A stretch of DNA of 64,000 bases from Eledone cirrhosa (lineage: Eukaryota), in NCBI GenBank assembly GCA_964016885.1, contig OZ024751.1, positions 7,006,001-7,070,000 of the forward strand, written 5' to 3'. Shown here in pieces: positions 1 to 13,600 of the stretch (position 1 is the stretch's first letter; every line of letters begins with the position of its first letter). The translations under genes were made by a program, and so were the position numbers. The notes below the pieces were generated by a model that saw only the letters and a list, made by a program, of their open reading frames with translations, was not told the origin of the DNA and made no database searches.

Positions 1-205
1 TAATACAGGAAAGTTTAGCGGATGTGACATATAGCAAAATATATATATATATAAATATGTCTGTGTATGTGTATGTGTGTGTATGTGTGTGTGTGTATAT
101 CTATATGTATATATATGTATATTCATATGTATATATATATATGTATATCCATATATATATATATATATATACATATATATATACATATGTATATGTATGT
201 ATATG

Positions 206-253
<48 letters not shown>

Positions 254-448
254 CATGTGTTTATATATGTATATGTAAATATATAAAAACAAAAAAATAT
301 TTTCGCTCTGCATGGCTGAGTAATATGAGGTTTTCTAATATTAATGATAATATTCGATTCGTTTGCAATTATCCAGACACGCCTCCTTTTTAAACCCATG
401 TCAGTAGAATGAGCCCCTCATTCTTGCTTTTGCATTGGCATGTAAACA

Positions 449-498
449 GAACTGCATACACTAATGTTTCTGGGTATCACCCTTCATCAGTACAGTTT
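449..498 (-). ncRNA. Type I hammerhead ribozyme
   Basis: Minus strand reads actgta-CTGATGA-a-ggg-tgata-ccc-a-GAAA-cattagtg-TA-tgcagt: stem I actgta/tgcagt, stem II ggg/ccc, short stem III, GUA cleavage triplet. Confidence 0.8.
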
Positions 499-574
499 TC
501 TGTTCACCTGCCAGCTGTCAGAGCTAGTGAAAATATATGATATTTTCTAAAATATACAGTGGATGACATGCCTG

Positions 575-661
575 ATTTGCATATTAGCAGACTGGCTGAT
601 CAGCCAGGTCTGCATATTTGCATATCCACTGATCAGCCACATTTGCATATCAGCAGATTGG
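575..661. promoter_or_regulatory. Cluster of three octamer motifs (ATTTGCAT) plus a CCAAT box, upstream of the minus-strand HHR
   Basis: ATTTGCAT at 575-582, 616-623 and 641-648; ATTGG at ~657-661. Confidence 0.45.
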
Positions 662-2594
662 TGGCCAGTCAGTTTCCAGTATACGAGCGATGAATGGCCG
701 GCTTTGCTATATTCAAATAAAAATATTTTATATATATGTATATATATAGGTATATGTCAGTATCTATGACTATATGTATATATGTCTATACATCTATACA
801 TCCGTATATCTCTCTGTCCTTGTGTGCGTGTGCGCGTGCGCGTGTGTGTGTGTGTATGCGCGTGTGTTTATATAAACACATATATACTGGTAGAAGTACG
901 ACTTCTAACCCAATCACCACTACCACTACCAAATTCTACTAACGTCAACACAACTAAATAATAATGTGTTAGACTCTATGCTGAAACATGACTTCGATGA
1001 CGGACTGAGAATCATTTGTATCTGATTTGAATTAAATGACTATCGTGTGTTATAGACCGGTGATTTTATTTGTTTCCTTATAATGTATCTAAGAAGGATT
1101 GGAGTCACAAAGACATTCAGAATTAAACATATTCATAGAAGGTTAAGCATCATACTACGTACGATGCTTATACTCTTAAAGGAAGTTGTTTCCTTGTTTA
1201 TTAGAATTTAGCGTGTTTTATTGGTATGAATACATTACAATATTTTCATATTAATAACCAAGACATCTCTCCGTATTAATGAATATTCGTGACAAAATGC
1301 AGAAACTTTAATCATATTTGAAAGAAGATATCAAGCACCGCTGGAAAACATATTTAGTATGCCAATATGCTGGAACTAGATATCACGTTTAACAGCTATT
1401 TTTTGCCGATAAGCCGAAGGAACAGTTAAGATCGTACCTACAAATAGATATAAATTCCTCTCAGTCATATCACATATGCATTTGATATAAAATACTACAT
1501 CGGGTTATCAGTCTGAATGTTGATATTTTAAATTGTTTAATTTACACTGCATAATTAGGTTCTCGGGTCTAGAAAATTTGCATTCTCTGATAAATTAAAA
1601 AAAGAATGATTGAATTTAAAATTTAAGCTGACATTTTGTTCTTGAACTTCTCATTTATATTATTTAATGCTAAAAATTACCATATCACATTAATTTGTGG
1701 TTTGCATTACAATCTGAGGGCCGTATGTTTGTTTAAATACACTGATTCGATGTTTCACGATTCGCATTATATATATGACACCCTACAAGATATAATATAT
1801 TAATGTTTGTTTGGTAGGTTTGAGGATAATGTGCATATGTCCTCTGACATGCTGCTGTATATATAGTAAATGTAATGCTGTGTACGTCACATAAACAGAA
1901 ATATTTCAGTTGGAAGTTTTAACATTAACCACAACACATAAATATATGAAACAAAAACGCACACACACACAACAAATACGTAGTGCTCCTGTCAGTATTA
2001 CCAGTGATAGAAAACACGTCGAATTATTCGGTCTTGGTAATATTGCAGGCTGTATATGGAAAGTAACTAATTATATATGGAATTGCAAATGTATTGATTG
2101 CAGTTAAAATGCGTATGAATTTTATTGATTCTAGGTAAACTATACAATTGTAATAAATATATATTTCTTTTTGAATCAAGTCAAGATGAATCGTAAGGCA
2201 AATATTATTTTCATTACATTAATGTGTTTCAAATTTATCGATGATTATTGCTAACATATTTAAAGTTAAGGCAATTAAAACGATGAAATGCTATGAGAAT
2301 ACATGTCGTCAATATTTTTACTGATATATATTTATAATATTTACATTAGTATTTGATGTGGAAGCGGTGAAATATTGATTGAATTTACTGGATGATATTC
2401 CAGAATTTAATACACCATATGTTATAACAATGTCTTTAGTCTACTACATAGCTCCGTGGTAACATACTCCTGATATATCATCATAATTGGAGAGGCACGT
2501 TATATTCAACATAGAGAACATGCAGCAGCTAACATTTTATTATCGCTCTAATTTCAATTTAAAAGAAATGAGATTTATTTTCATTATCTCTCGT

Positions 2595-3272
2595 TATCAG
2601 GGCGATGGATCAGCAGTATTAGTAGAGCGTCGGACAACATACGTTGTGGTATAGAGTTACTGCCCTTTTGCTCTAAGTTCAAATCCCACCGAGGTTAATT
2701 CGGGTTTCATTCTTAGGGGGTCGATAAAATAAACACCAGTAATGTAATCGGGTCTATTTAATCGATATTTCCTTCCCCTCAAATTGCTGGCCTTGTGCTT
2801 AAATTCGAAATCCTTCTGTCTCCATGTCAGGGACTTGGATCGACAGTATCACTAGAGCGTCGGACAAAATGTTTTTGTGACATAGAATTACGTTACCTCG
2901 CGTTCTGAACTCAACTCTGGTTTTGATCTTTATAGGGTCGATAAAATAAAACACCAGTAACACACTGACTTCGATTTAATCAACTTTTCCTTCCACTCAA
3001 AATTTGTTGGCCTCGGGCCAAAATCAGAAATCATTATTGCTCGTTATCAGGGCAGTAGATTGATAGTATCGACAGAGTGTCGGACAATATAATTTATGAC
3101 ATAGAGGTACTATTCTTCACGTTCTGAGCTCGAATCCCGCCGAGGTTAGCTTCGCCTTTATTCTTACGGGGTCGACAAAATAAAGAACCAATAACACCCT
3201 GGGTTCGAGTTAATAGACATTCACATCTCCCCAAAATGTTTGGTTATGTGCCTAAACCAGAAATCATTATTT
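2595..3272 (+). mobile_element. Three head-to-tail degenerate tRNA-derived SINEs (Meta-domain type)
   Basis: Three ~225 bp units, each with tcagggc..gga..cagtat..agagcgtcggacaa (A-box region), a gttcaaatccc B-box, the ggggtcgataaaataaa..ccag core and a ggccttgtgcc..aaa tail. Confidence 0.8.
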
Positions 3273-3879
3273 CTCCCTATTAATTCCAATTCGACTTATC
3301 TTGTTTTATCGCATATGATAGATGTTTATGAATTAAATAGTTTTTAACGAGAATTAAAATGAAGGCATATATGTACGCTACTTAATCTTGTAAGGCTACG
3401 ATATCATATAAAATACGAAAACAATAGTGATGCAAACGTCAATGTACAGACACGACAGAGAGACCCGGATATGTACCAAGAAATTCACTTGAAACTTTAG
3501 AAAAACATCATAATAAAAATAACATTGAAAACACCCCAAAATATAAAATCCATCCGATTTAATTGTGAGGTATCATTTATTTCTTGATACGTCTCATTTG
3601 TTAGTACATCCTGGAGTATAATTGACAACTAGCAGACGTTCCTAATGAGGCTCCAAATCTTAGGGGCAGCTACATATGATGATGATGCTTTAGCATCAGT
3701 GTCAGGATATGTGATTACAAGTTTAGCTTTATTATGAAAAACAACGGGACAAAGGAAAAAATAAATTCACTGATTATTTGTCTTTTGTCCTCGAAAAATT
3801 TAATGAGAAAATTACACCGTGGTTTGATGTCAATTGCCTTGTCTGTTCTGTATATAAGCTATGAATATACTTGATATTA

Positions 3880-4045
3880 AGGCAGCGATTTGGCAGAGTC
3901 GTTAAGACGTCATGTAGAATGATTTACGGTGTTCATCCCACCTCATTACGGGCTCAGAGTTTAAATCCCGCCGAGGTCACGTTCGCCTTTCATCCTTCCG
4001 AGGTCGATAAAAAAAGTACTAGTCCAGTACTAGAGTCGATTATTC
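3880..4045 (+). mobile_element. tRNA-derived Meta-type SINE
   Basis: gagtttaaatcccgccgaggtcacgttcgcctttcatccttccgaggtcgataaaaaaagtactagt matches the other SINE copies in the window. Confidence 0.75.
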
Positions 4046-5150
4046 CTCTATCGAAAAATCGGCTGTGTTCAGACCTGGAGAGGATTGGGCTCCACCAGGT
4101 TTAAATCTGCCCAAGATACGCCGTATGACGAGCCTCTACCATTCCACAAGGAGGTATGGGATTGTTATCCTTATATTTGATATTAATCAAAACATGAAAG
4201 AATGAAAACAGAAATTTAGAAACTGACTGATTTTTAGTTGGTATCTTTTAGACATACCAATACATAAAGGACACATTTAACAATGTATGTATTTATATTC
4301 TATTTATTGGTGCCTGTAACTACATTTAGGTGACAGAATAGTCAGTAGCACCATATCAAGCTAAAAAATATATGTAAAAATAGAAATAAAAGATTTACGA
4401 AAATATATTGCTGCATATATAAATATCACTTTGCGTACAACTCACCGAGGGAAAAATGTGGAATAGTTACTGAGAGTAGTTTATGGACGCTGCATACATT
4501 TTTATTGTTGTTTAGACCGAGAACAATACGCCGAAGTATATTTACTGTTAGTTAAGAGATAAACCAGATATCATAAGATAATTTTACGCATTCTTGCAGT
4601 ATACGATATTTTATTCGTTCTCCATCGAATTATAAATGAGTTGTATATTGCTGAATAATTGGTTGTGATGGGCAGTATCTTGATCTGTGTTGTGATCCTC
4701 GATAGCATCAACATTGTTTCTAAATTAGATTTTTTTGTTATAGACTTACAATCCGGTATTCCGTATATTTACTAAACATTGCCGTTATCCGCCTATAAAT
4801 GTAATGGTATGCTTGATTAAGTCCGGAATATCTTTAAACAACAAATACTGTCATAGCTTTATGAAACATTGCAGATATTTCTGGAAACCATCAACGAGCA
4901 ATATTGATAGACAGATCGAAGAAAGAATCTCTGCAGAAAACAGAATGTTGCGCAGGTTGGCATAAAATGGACCACATGGTTATGCATGTGTGGTATACAT
5001 ATATATATTAAAATAACAGATTAAAGTTTAAGCAAAGATTCGCTGCCTTCACTCTTAACGGAATCTTCTGAAACTATATATATATATATATATACACATA
5101 CCTCTTTCACGTGTGTGTGTATATGTATGTCTATACCATACTAATTCAAA

Positions 5151-5203
5151 CAGCCTGAAGAGGTCACATCCAAAGATGGCTGTCACTGAAATATATATAG
5201 CAG
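5151..5203 (+). ncRNA. Type I hammerhead ribozyme (5' pLTR)
   Basis: cagc-CTGAAGA-ggtcacatccaaagatggctgtcact-GAAA-tatata-TA-gcag. Palindromic stem III ATATATAT; two mismatches in stems relative to the 3' copy. Confidence 0.75.
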
Positions 5204-5406
5204 TAATAAACGAAGCTAAATTTTAATCATTTGACTTTTATTTAACTTTATTTTACACTACTCCGGAGTAACCAAACCAACCTGCGCACTTCGTCGAGTG
5301 CTCCAGCCTGCATACTGAGGTGTTGGTATACAACCAACATAAACTCAAAATCTATCTAGCTCCCACACGGGTTGAGCGCTCCAAACAGTAGCGGACCTAA
5401 GTCACT

Positions 5407-8074
5407 ATGGATAAACTGGCAACCTTAGCGTCACTGAAGGACATCCCCCTACCTGATAAACGAGAATACACCAGTGATCTCATCAAGAGTACGGACTCCC
5501 CCATCCGTAGGATGAGATGGAAGGCGTTCCACTTCGAAAGAGGAACGCAGAAAACTACCAACACAGAAAACATGGAGTACCTTTTTCAATCAAGGAGGAA
5601 TCCCCCCCCCCCCACAACAGACTAATGGAGGAGTTTGAAAACGAGATGATTAACATCATATCCAACCTCAAATTCTCCGGAAACCCAACCAGAAGTCAGG
5701 AGTACCTCAGACACCTGAGAAACCGGATTACAGTACTTAAAGGGACAACTGGAATACTTGTCCATGCTGACAAAACAAACAACCTCTACAACATGAACAC
5801 TGAACTGTACAATAAGCTAATCCTCAGGGAACTGAGGAAGTGCTACAAAAAAAACACCTGGATTTACCCTGGATGAGATCAATGCCACAGCTTACAGGAT
5901 TATATCCAGAATCGGCATAGAGGACAGGACGGCCCCATACCAACCAAGGGAGCCGCGGCTTACCCTTAAAGACCACAAGTCAAACTTTGAGTCAGACCTC
6001 CATGTGAGACTAATAGCCTCCTCCAGATCTGACCTAGGGATCGTCCGTAAAAGAATACTGGATAGGATTTTGCCCAAGCTTCGGAAGAAAACCAAATTAC
6101 AGCAATGGTCATGCAGAAGAGAAGTAATAGAATGGTTCAAAATACTGTATGAGAAAAGTAGGACCAGCTTTATACAACTGGACATCGCAAGCTCCTCAAT
6201 CTCACCCATAGTACTTAATAGCGATGTCCAATACGGACCTAACCCGAGAGGAGGTGAGCATCATCCACGCCGCAAGAAAGACCTTAATCCGCTTCGATGG
6301 AGACCTTTGGACCAGGAGTGATTGGCCAAATAACTTTGACATCACGATGGGCTCCAGCGACTCAGCGCAGGTAACGGACCTGGTTGGGCTCTACCTGCTG
6401 AAGCAGATAAAAGATGAAATTCTCTGCCTGGGCGGCGGATTATATCGTGACGATGCTCTATTCACAGTACATGACCACAGCACCAATATGTTGGAGGGTA
6501 TGAGGAGGCGTATTCGCCATTTCTTTAAGAACCAGGGGCTCAGCATAGAAATAGACCCAAATAGGAAGGTAGTTAACTTCCTAGACACCACCCTAAACCT
6601 GAACACCGAGCAATACTACCCCTACCACAAGCCCAACGAGAAACTCGTATATGTTAACGCCAAATCAAACCACCCTAGATCCATAACCAAGGCAGTGGTG
6701 AAGAGTGTCTCGGACAGGATCTCCAGCCTGTCCGCAAGTAAGGAAATATTCAACAACCACGCGGAATATTACAACGCAGCTCTAAAGAAGGCGGCACATG
6801 GACAAAATATAACATATAGTCCGAAAAGCCGGGAGGTGGATAGCCCAACAGACACCTACAACCGCGTTGCCAGAGGGGGGAGGGCGAACCCTAGCAATAC
6901 AGGCAGAGCAGAATCAAATAGGCACCATGTACCAGACACCACCACACGGGCGGTGGGGACTAGTGCGCTTGACCACGAGATGGAGCACAATATGAGTAGC
7001 AGTCTCAGGCGTGACGCTAACTACCCCAGGACGGACAACCCCAACCGCAGGACACGTAGGGGGGGGGGGGGAAACGGGCGAACACCCCACGATGGATCTC
7101 CGGGGGCGGACAACAACCATCCCACACATCCGGGCCGCGAAGATAACAAAAAGTATAGAGCTCAAAAGGGAAGCAACAGTGCGGAAACCACCAGCAACCC
7201 AACAAATCTCCAACAAATCACGAAGCCCCCAACCCACACATATCGGAGAAGACACCGACAAATCACGTGGTACAACCCACCCTACTCAGCGGCCCTAAAG
7301 AAAAGCTTGGCCCGATTATTCTTTGGAGCACTTGACAAATGCTTCCCGAGGGACCACAGATACCACAGGATCTTCAACAGACACACTGTGAATCTTTCGT
7401 ATTCCACCACGAGAAATTTGGCCCAACACATAGCTAGCATCAACAGAAGTAGGCTTAAAAACCACACACAACCAGAAGATGGCAATACAAACACTCAGCA
7501 GAACCATGTGAAAGGAGGGAAAGGGGGACCCATAGCCCACCCAAGAAACACAAACAGACCCAAGGACCCCCCACCGAGCATGGGGGAAGACCAACATGTA
7601 ACACATAATGAGAACCCTAATATAGGCACGCAGAGGCCGACCACCCTCTGCAACTGCAGAAACCCCGAATCATGCCCCCTTGGTAATGAATGTCTCAAGA
7701 AGAACCTAGTGTACGGTTGTAGGGTTAAAACCCCCAACTCCGAACACCTCTACATAGGAGACACATCAACGAGCTTTAAGGACCGCTGGTACAACCATCG
7801 CCATTCATTCCAGAAGGAGGCCAAAAGGAAAAGCACAGCTCTCTCCGACCTGATCTGGAAGCTTAAGCTGGACAGGACCCCATACTCTCTGGCCTGGTAC
7901 ATAATCAGGAAAGTACCACCCGATAAAGGGGGATCTTGCATATGCAAACTATGCCTGAACGAGACCCTCGAGATACTAAGAGGTGGAAGCGGCCTGATAA
8001 ACCTCAGAACCGACTTCTTCGGGACATGCAGACACCTTAGAGCCGGGACCTTTCTCAAGATATATGGACAGTAG
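5407..8074 (+). pseudogene. Frameshifted PLE polyprotein: reverse transcriptase + GIY-YIG endonuclease
   Basis: Overlapping ORFs 5407-5625, 5517-5876, 6004-6321 and 6224-8074. Motifs: ADKTNNLY, FDITMGSSDSAQVTDLVG, LYRDD, FLDTTL, YHKP, SNHP, WYNPPY, CNCRNPESC (CxCx5C), LVY..YIG..FKDRWYNH, CKLC, LRTDFFGTCRH. Confidence 0.93.
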
Positions 8075-9285
8075 CAACACAAGAAGATGTGAACTCCCCC
8101 CAAGCTATAGGGACTTCTACAGAACATGAAAACACCTCTCGGCCAGACCTCCCTCAAGCTATATGGGCAATAACAACACCCTAGGTTGTGAACTCCCCTC
8201 AAGCCACAGGGAACAACCCAGGCAGAGCAGACACCATGATAGCCTAGAGATAGAATCGGACACAGCCATAATAATTTGGCCAACATCTATAACACAAACA
8301 CTTTTAATTTACCAGATTTCTGACTTTCAAGTTCCAATCTTAAATCTTGATTTCTCTTTATTAATTTGTTTTTTGTTTTCTGCCCTCTTCACTGTATCAC
8401 CTTATATTTATTTTAAGTTGAGATAGATTATAACACAAACACATTGAATATCTCATCTTAACATCTTGTCTCATATCAATCTATCCAACATATTCTGACC
8501 TTGAGATTGGTTATAGCACACACACACACACTTTATCCTACATTATTTCTCACCTCTCCATATACATTATCATTACTTTTTCACCAATCTCTCATTTACT
8601 CTTTATTCTTCATTCTCTATTTATTTATTTATTTTCAAATTACACAAATTATATTAATTACTTTATTATATTATTTATTTATTTTCTGTTTTCTTCATTT
8701 ATTGCCATATATTTCTTCATATACATGAAATAACCCCCCCCCCCCCCACACACACACACCACTACGATGGTGGCGGGAGGGATGAAGAAAAAACACAAAC
8801 TGGATACTTCTAAATTGTTAGCAGCAGCAAGATATAAGCTGACCACTACAACAACAACAGTACCAAAATAATGGTGGATGTCAAATGTACTGAACAATAG
8901 CAGGCAAAAACACTACAGGGAGCCTCACCCCAGAAAGAATTCTATAGACTTCTGACTGAGGAATGCTCTCAGAACTGAACAATGGGAAGTTTGACACTTT
9001 TTTTGTTATTTTGTTATTTTGTTCCTTTAACACCTTGTCCCTTCTACCATTTTATCAATTTTTAAGCTAAATCCAACAATAACAACACTTAGAATGAGGA
9101 ATGTTCTAATAACTGACCAATGAGAGGAGAAGGGGACCTGTGACACTGAAATTTGTTTGTTTGAATTCATATGACTCCATTTCCCCAGTGAATTAACAAC
9201 CCAACAAGGAACTGGGCATATCAGAGTATTGACAATATCATACACCTAAACAACATATGTACTTGTCTATACCATACTAATTCAA

Positions 9286-9340
9286 ACTGCCTGAAGAGGT
9301 CACAGCCAAAGATGGCTGTCACTGAAATATATATAGCAGT
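9286..9340 (+). ncRNA. Type I hammerhead ribozyme (3' pLTR)
   Basis: actgc-CTGAAGA-ggtcacagcca-aaga-tggctgtcact-GAAA-tatata-TA-gcagt: stem I actgc/gcagt, ~10 bp stem II, palindromic stem III. Confidence 0.88.
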
Positions 9341-9389
9341 AATAAACGAAGCTAAACTTTAATCATTTGACTTTTATTTAACTTTATTT

Positions 9390-9513
<124 letters not shown>

Positions 9514-9879
9514 CCTCTTTCACGTGTGTGTATCTATCCATATATATATGTGTGTGTATGTGTATATATATATATACATAGAGAGAGAAAGGGAGAGAAA
9601 AGAAGGTCTGAGAATACATCTAAATATAATATATATATGTTATAGAGAAATGCCATCCATTCCCCATCCCCATCAGAAAAACATAATTAATTATATACAA
9701 TCTTGAAGTAAGTTTGGAAATATTATCTATTTCAACATTGCATTCGTATGTCTAAGTAGCGGTTCATATTGTTTATAGTAGTACAGGTTACATATGTTAA
9801 ATGGTTATTTATTTTCAATAAATATATATGGTGCCCCATATATGCTGAGGAAAAGTGTATGCTCCATTGATCATGTCCA

Positions 9880-10120
9880 TAATAATGTGATCTCGGGCAG
9901 ATCACATTAGTAATTTATCATAATGACTGCTACTGTCTCGGCCAGACCACATCATAATGATAGCTTAGATATCGGAAAGACGACATTATTATGTCCACAG
10001 AATGAGTGCTGCTGTCCTGGGTATACCACATCACTTCTACCGTCTCGGCCACACCACATCATTATGACCACATAATGAGTGCTAATGTCTCTGCCAGACC
10101 ATTAAATTATGTCGACATAA
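9880..10120 (+). repeat. Degenerate minisatellite (~40-60 bp unit, core tgtctcggccagaccacatca)
   Basis: Repeated tctcggccagaccacatcat / ctgtcctgggtataccacatca variants. Confidence 0.6.
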
Positions 10121-10511
10121 TACATAGAAAGTCCATATCTGTCATAGCCTATAATTGATATATTTCTCAATATTGCTGCAAATAAATACAAAGAAGAATC
10201 ATATAAAAAGCTATATAGAATAGTATATGATGTGATAAGATATCAGATTATTTACTGTATATGGCTTGCTTAACAATTTGAAGAATATAACAATAAGGAT
10301 ATATGTATATATTCCTGTGTGGATGGTCACATATATTTGTTTTTGTTTTACATTTGTATGCTTTATCAGGATTCTTGTGATGTTGATATCCAAAATTTAG
10401 ATGCATCTCGGATAATAGAAAGCAATACCAAAGGGTCAAAATTGTAAATCAAGATATATGATTAATTAATATATGTTTACACACACACACGCATATATAT
10501 ATATATATATA

Positions 10512-10608
10512 TTGTTATACTTGGGGATGGTCATATTTGTGTAATATTGCCATAATTAATAACAGAACACACTCACTGTTTGGTTGATTTTCGCTTTTCG
10601 CTTCTGTG
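10512..10608 (-). mobile_element. 3' terminus of the PLE family seen at 42780-44180
   Basis: ttgttatacttgggga.ggtcatatttgtgtaatattgcca.aattaataacagaacacactcactgtttgg is the reverse complement of ~44085-44180; it abuts (TA)n. Confidence 0.8.
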
Positions 10609-10626
10609 TATGTATATAATTATATT

Positions 10627-13600
10627 TAAGGAAAAGAGATGAAAACGAAAATGCAACTGGAATCATTTTTTTTTATAATATATATATTTATTTGGTTCCT
10701 CTAACGGTTTCGCAGTGCTTCTGCTTTTCACAAGTGGAGTTGAGATGGAGGGTCTGTGGTTTTTCTCCCATCTGGTTGGTCTTTGAATGTTACTTGTTTT
10801 ATATGGAAAAAAGTGGCTCCAAATGCCAGGTTTTTAGAGAAGTAGTTTGATTGGTTGGTGAATAAGTATAATAAATTTCGCGCCAGTTCGCATTACAAAG
10901 TTTTTCAAACAGAGAGGGCTCAGGTTGTTTTCTTCATATATGAGTGAAGTTTAGTTGGTTGATGCAGTCACGTGAATAAGCACATCAGCCTTCGCGCTAG
11001 TTTGTGTTTGAATTTCTTTTTACTTAAAGAAAAGTGGCCCACGAAGGCTTTTTTTTAAATGTAACTAGATTGGTTATAAATGAAATTTTGACTGACACGT
11101 GAACAAATTCATTAAATTTCGCGCCCATATTTGGGAATTTATTTTGTAGCCTTTTAGAGAATTATGTGCCAAACAAAAAATAATGGTGAAGAAAAAAGGG
11201 ATGGTGAGAGTCGTTCTGAGTAAGACTGATGTGCTGAAATGTAATGTGATTGGTTATGAATGAAATTATGGCTGTCAAGTGAAAAAGTTCATTAAATTTC
11301 GCGCCCGCATTTGGGAATTTATTTTGTAGCCTTTTAGAGAATTTTGTGCCAAACAAAAGATAATGTTCAAGACAAATAGGATGGCGAGAATTGTTCTGGT
11401 TCAGTGAATATGGCTGGTCTGCTGGGGTCTCAAAATTCAGACTTTCTATTGAAATAAAGGAAGTAGAGATATGTATGTTTGTTTGTCTGCTTGTGTGTGT
11501 GGTTGTGTGTGTAGGAAGATGATTCTATTAGTAGAAATGGGGAAGGGAGTTGTGTGTGTGTATGGGTGTTATGTGTGTGTGTGTGTGTATGTGTGTGCGG
11601 GAGTATGGTTGGCATGTTAAAATGGAGAGAACATATATATTTTGTGTGTGTGTGTGTATGTGTGTAGGAAAGTGATTCTATTAGTAGCAATGAGGAGGCA
11701 GTTGTGTGTGTAGTGGCGTGTTATGTGTGTGCGCATGGGTGGTATGTGTGTGTGTGTGTATGTGTGTGTGGGAGTATGGTCAGCATGTTAAGATGGAGGG
11801 AATATATATATTTGTTTGTGTATGTGTGTGTAGGGAATTGATTCCGTTAGTTGAAATGAGGGAGGGAGTTATGTGTGTGTTGGGTGTGCGGATAGGATGT
11901 TAAGGTGTTAGAGTTTTAACGTATGTTGAGGTTTATTTAGTTCTGCTTTTTATTTTCTAAAGTAGAAGGTGTTATGTGTGTGTGTATGTATGTGTCTGTT
12001 TGGATGGTTAGCATGTTATGGTGTTGATATAATGTATATTAAACTATATTTAATGCTGGTCTATATTTTTGAATAAACATATTTTCCTTATTTATTCGTA
12101 TTTGTTCTGTTGTATTGTCAGCGCAAAGATAAAATGGGAAGACTTGGAATGTGGGTGTCTTATTACCTGCGCATATGTCTAGATGTGCACTTAGTGGTAT
12201 CTGTCAAGTGGTTGGATCTCGTAATTGTTGGCGATGAACTGTCATTCTGTTTCTGAGTGTGAGTTTAGTTTGTCCTATATAATCTTCATTGCAACCTTTA
12301 CATGTAATGGCATAAAGCAGATTTTTTGATGAGCAAGTGAAGTGATTTTTACAGCAAAATGTTGTCCTGATTGAAATGTATACGTGTTGCCTTCAATGAG
12401 GTGAGTGCAGGTTCCACAATTAGAACGACCACATTTTTTGACAGTTGGTTGTGTGTTTGTGGTAGGTAATTTGGCATTGGTGAGTAATGTTTTTAGTGAT
12501 TTCGGTTGTCTTTTGCTTTTGATTATATTGTGTGTTTCAATGGTTTTTTTCATTCTTAGGTCTTGTTTCAATAGTGGAATGTTCTTGTGAATCGTGTTGT
12601 AACCTTCCGCATTTCTTCGGTTGTGTGTAGAGATATATGATAGAATATTGGACGTACCTTGAATTTGTTTCTGTTTTCGTAATTCATCAATGCCTATTGC
12701 TTTAGCTCTTTCTAGTCCATTATTTATTATTAATGGTGGGTACTGACTTTCGAGTAAAATTTCATTTAATTCTTGGAGTCTTTTATTTCTCGTTTCATAA
12801 TTGGAGACAATTGTGCAAATTCTTCTTGCTAGGTTAAAAGGGATGTTCGTCTTCGTGTGTTTTGGATGGTTGGAGGTGAATAGCAGGTATTGTTTGGAAT
12901 CTTTTGGTTTCTAGTGTATGTCAGTTTCAATATTGTGTCTTTTTATAAGATTAAGATGTCCAGAAATGGGAATTGATCTTGGCTGTATTCCATTGTGAAT
13001 TGGATGTGGTTATTGATGCCGTTAATTACATTTTTGAAATCATTTAGGTGGTCGAGTGTGTGAGACCAAAGAATGAGACAATCATCCAAGTAGCGTTTCC
13101 AATTCTCTGATAAATATTTGTGGAAGTTCAATCCGTATTCTCTCCATCTTAACATGCTAACCATATTCCCACACGCACACATAACACCCATACACACACA
13201 CATAACACCCAATCAAACACACAACTCCCTTCCCCATTTCTACTAATAGAATCACTTTCCTACACATATAAAAAAAACACAAAATATATATATTCTCTCC
13301 ATCTTAACATGCTGACCATACTCCCACACACACATAACACCCATACACACATACATAACACCCACAGACAAACACAACTCCCTCCCTCATTTCTAGTAAT
13401 AGAATCACTTTCCTACACACATACACACAAAATATATATATATTCTCTCCGTCTTAACGTGAATGCATCAACCTACCAAACTTCACTCAAATATGAAAAA
13501 ACAACCTGAGCCCCCCCCCCCCTTGTTTGTAGAACTGTGAAACACGAACTGGCGCGAAATTTATTATACTTATTCACCAACCAATCAAACTACTTCTCTA

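Larger units (their letters stand above)
285..730 (-). mobile_element. Short PLE terminal-repeat (pLTR)-like fragment between TA/TG microsatellites, carrying an HHR
   Basis: Unique ~450 bp island between microsatellites. Contains an HHR at 449-498 (minus) with promoter-like motifs upstream of it. Boundaries approximate. Confidence 0.55.

Noticed and set aside
6914-8286. Several antisense and alternative-frame ORFs over the PLE
   Set aside because: Shadow ORFs of a GC-richer coding region; no motifs.
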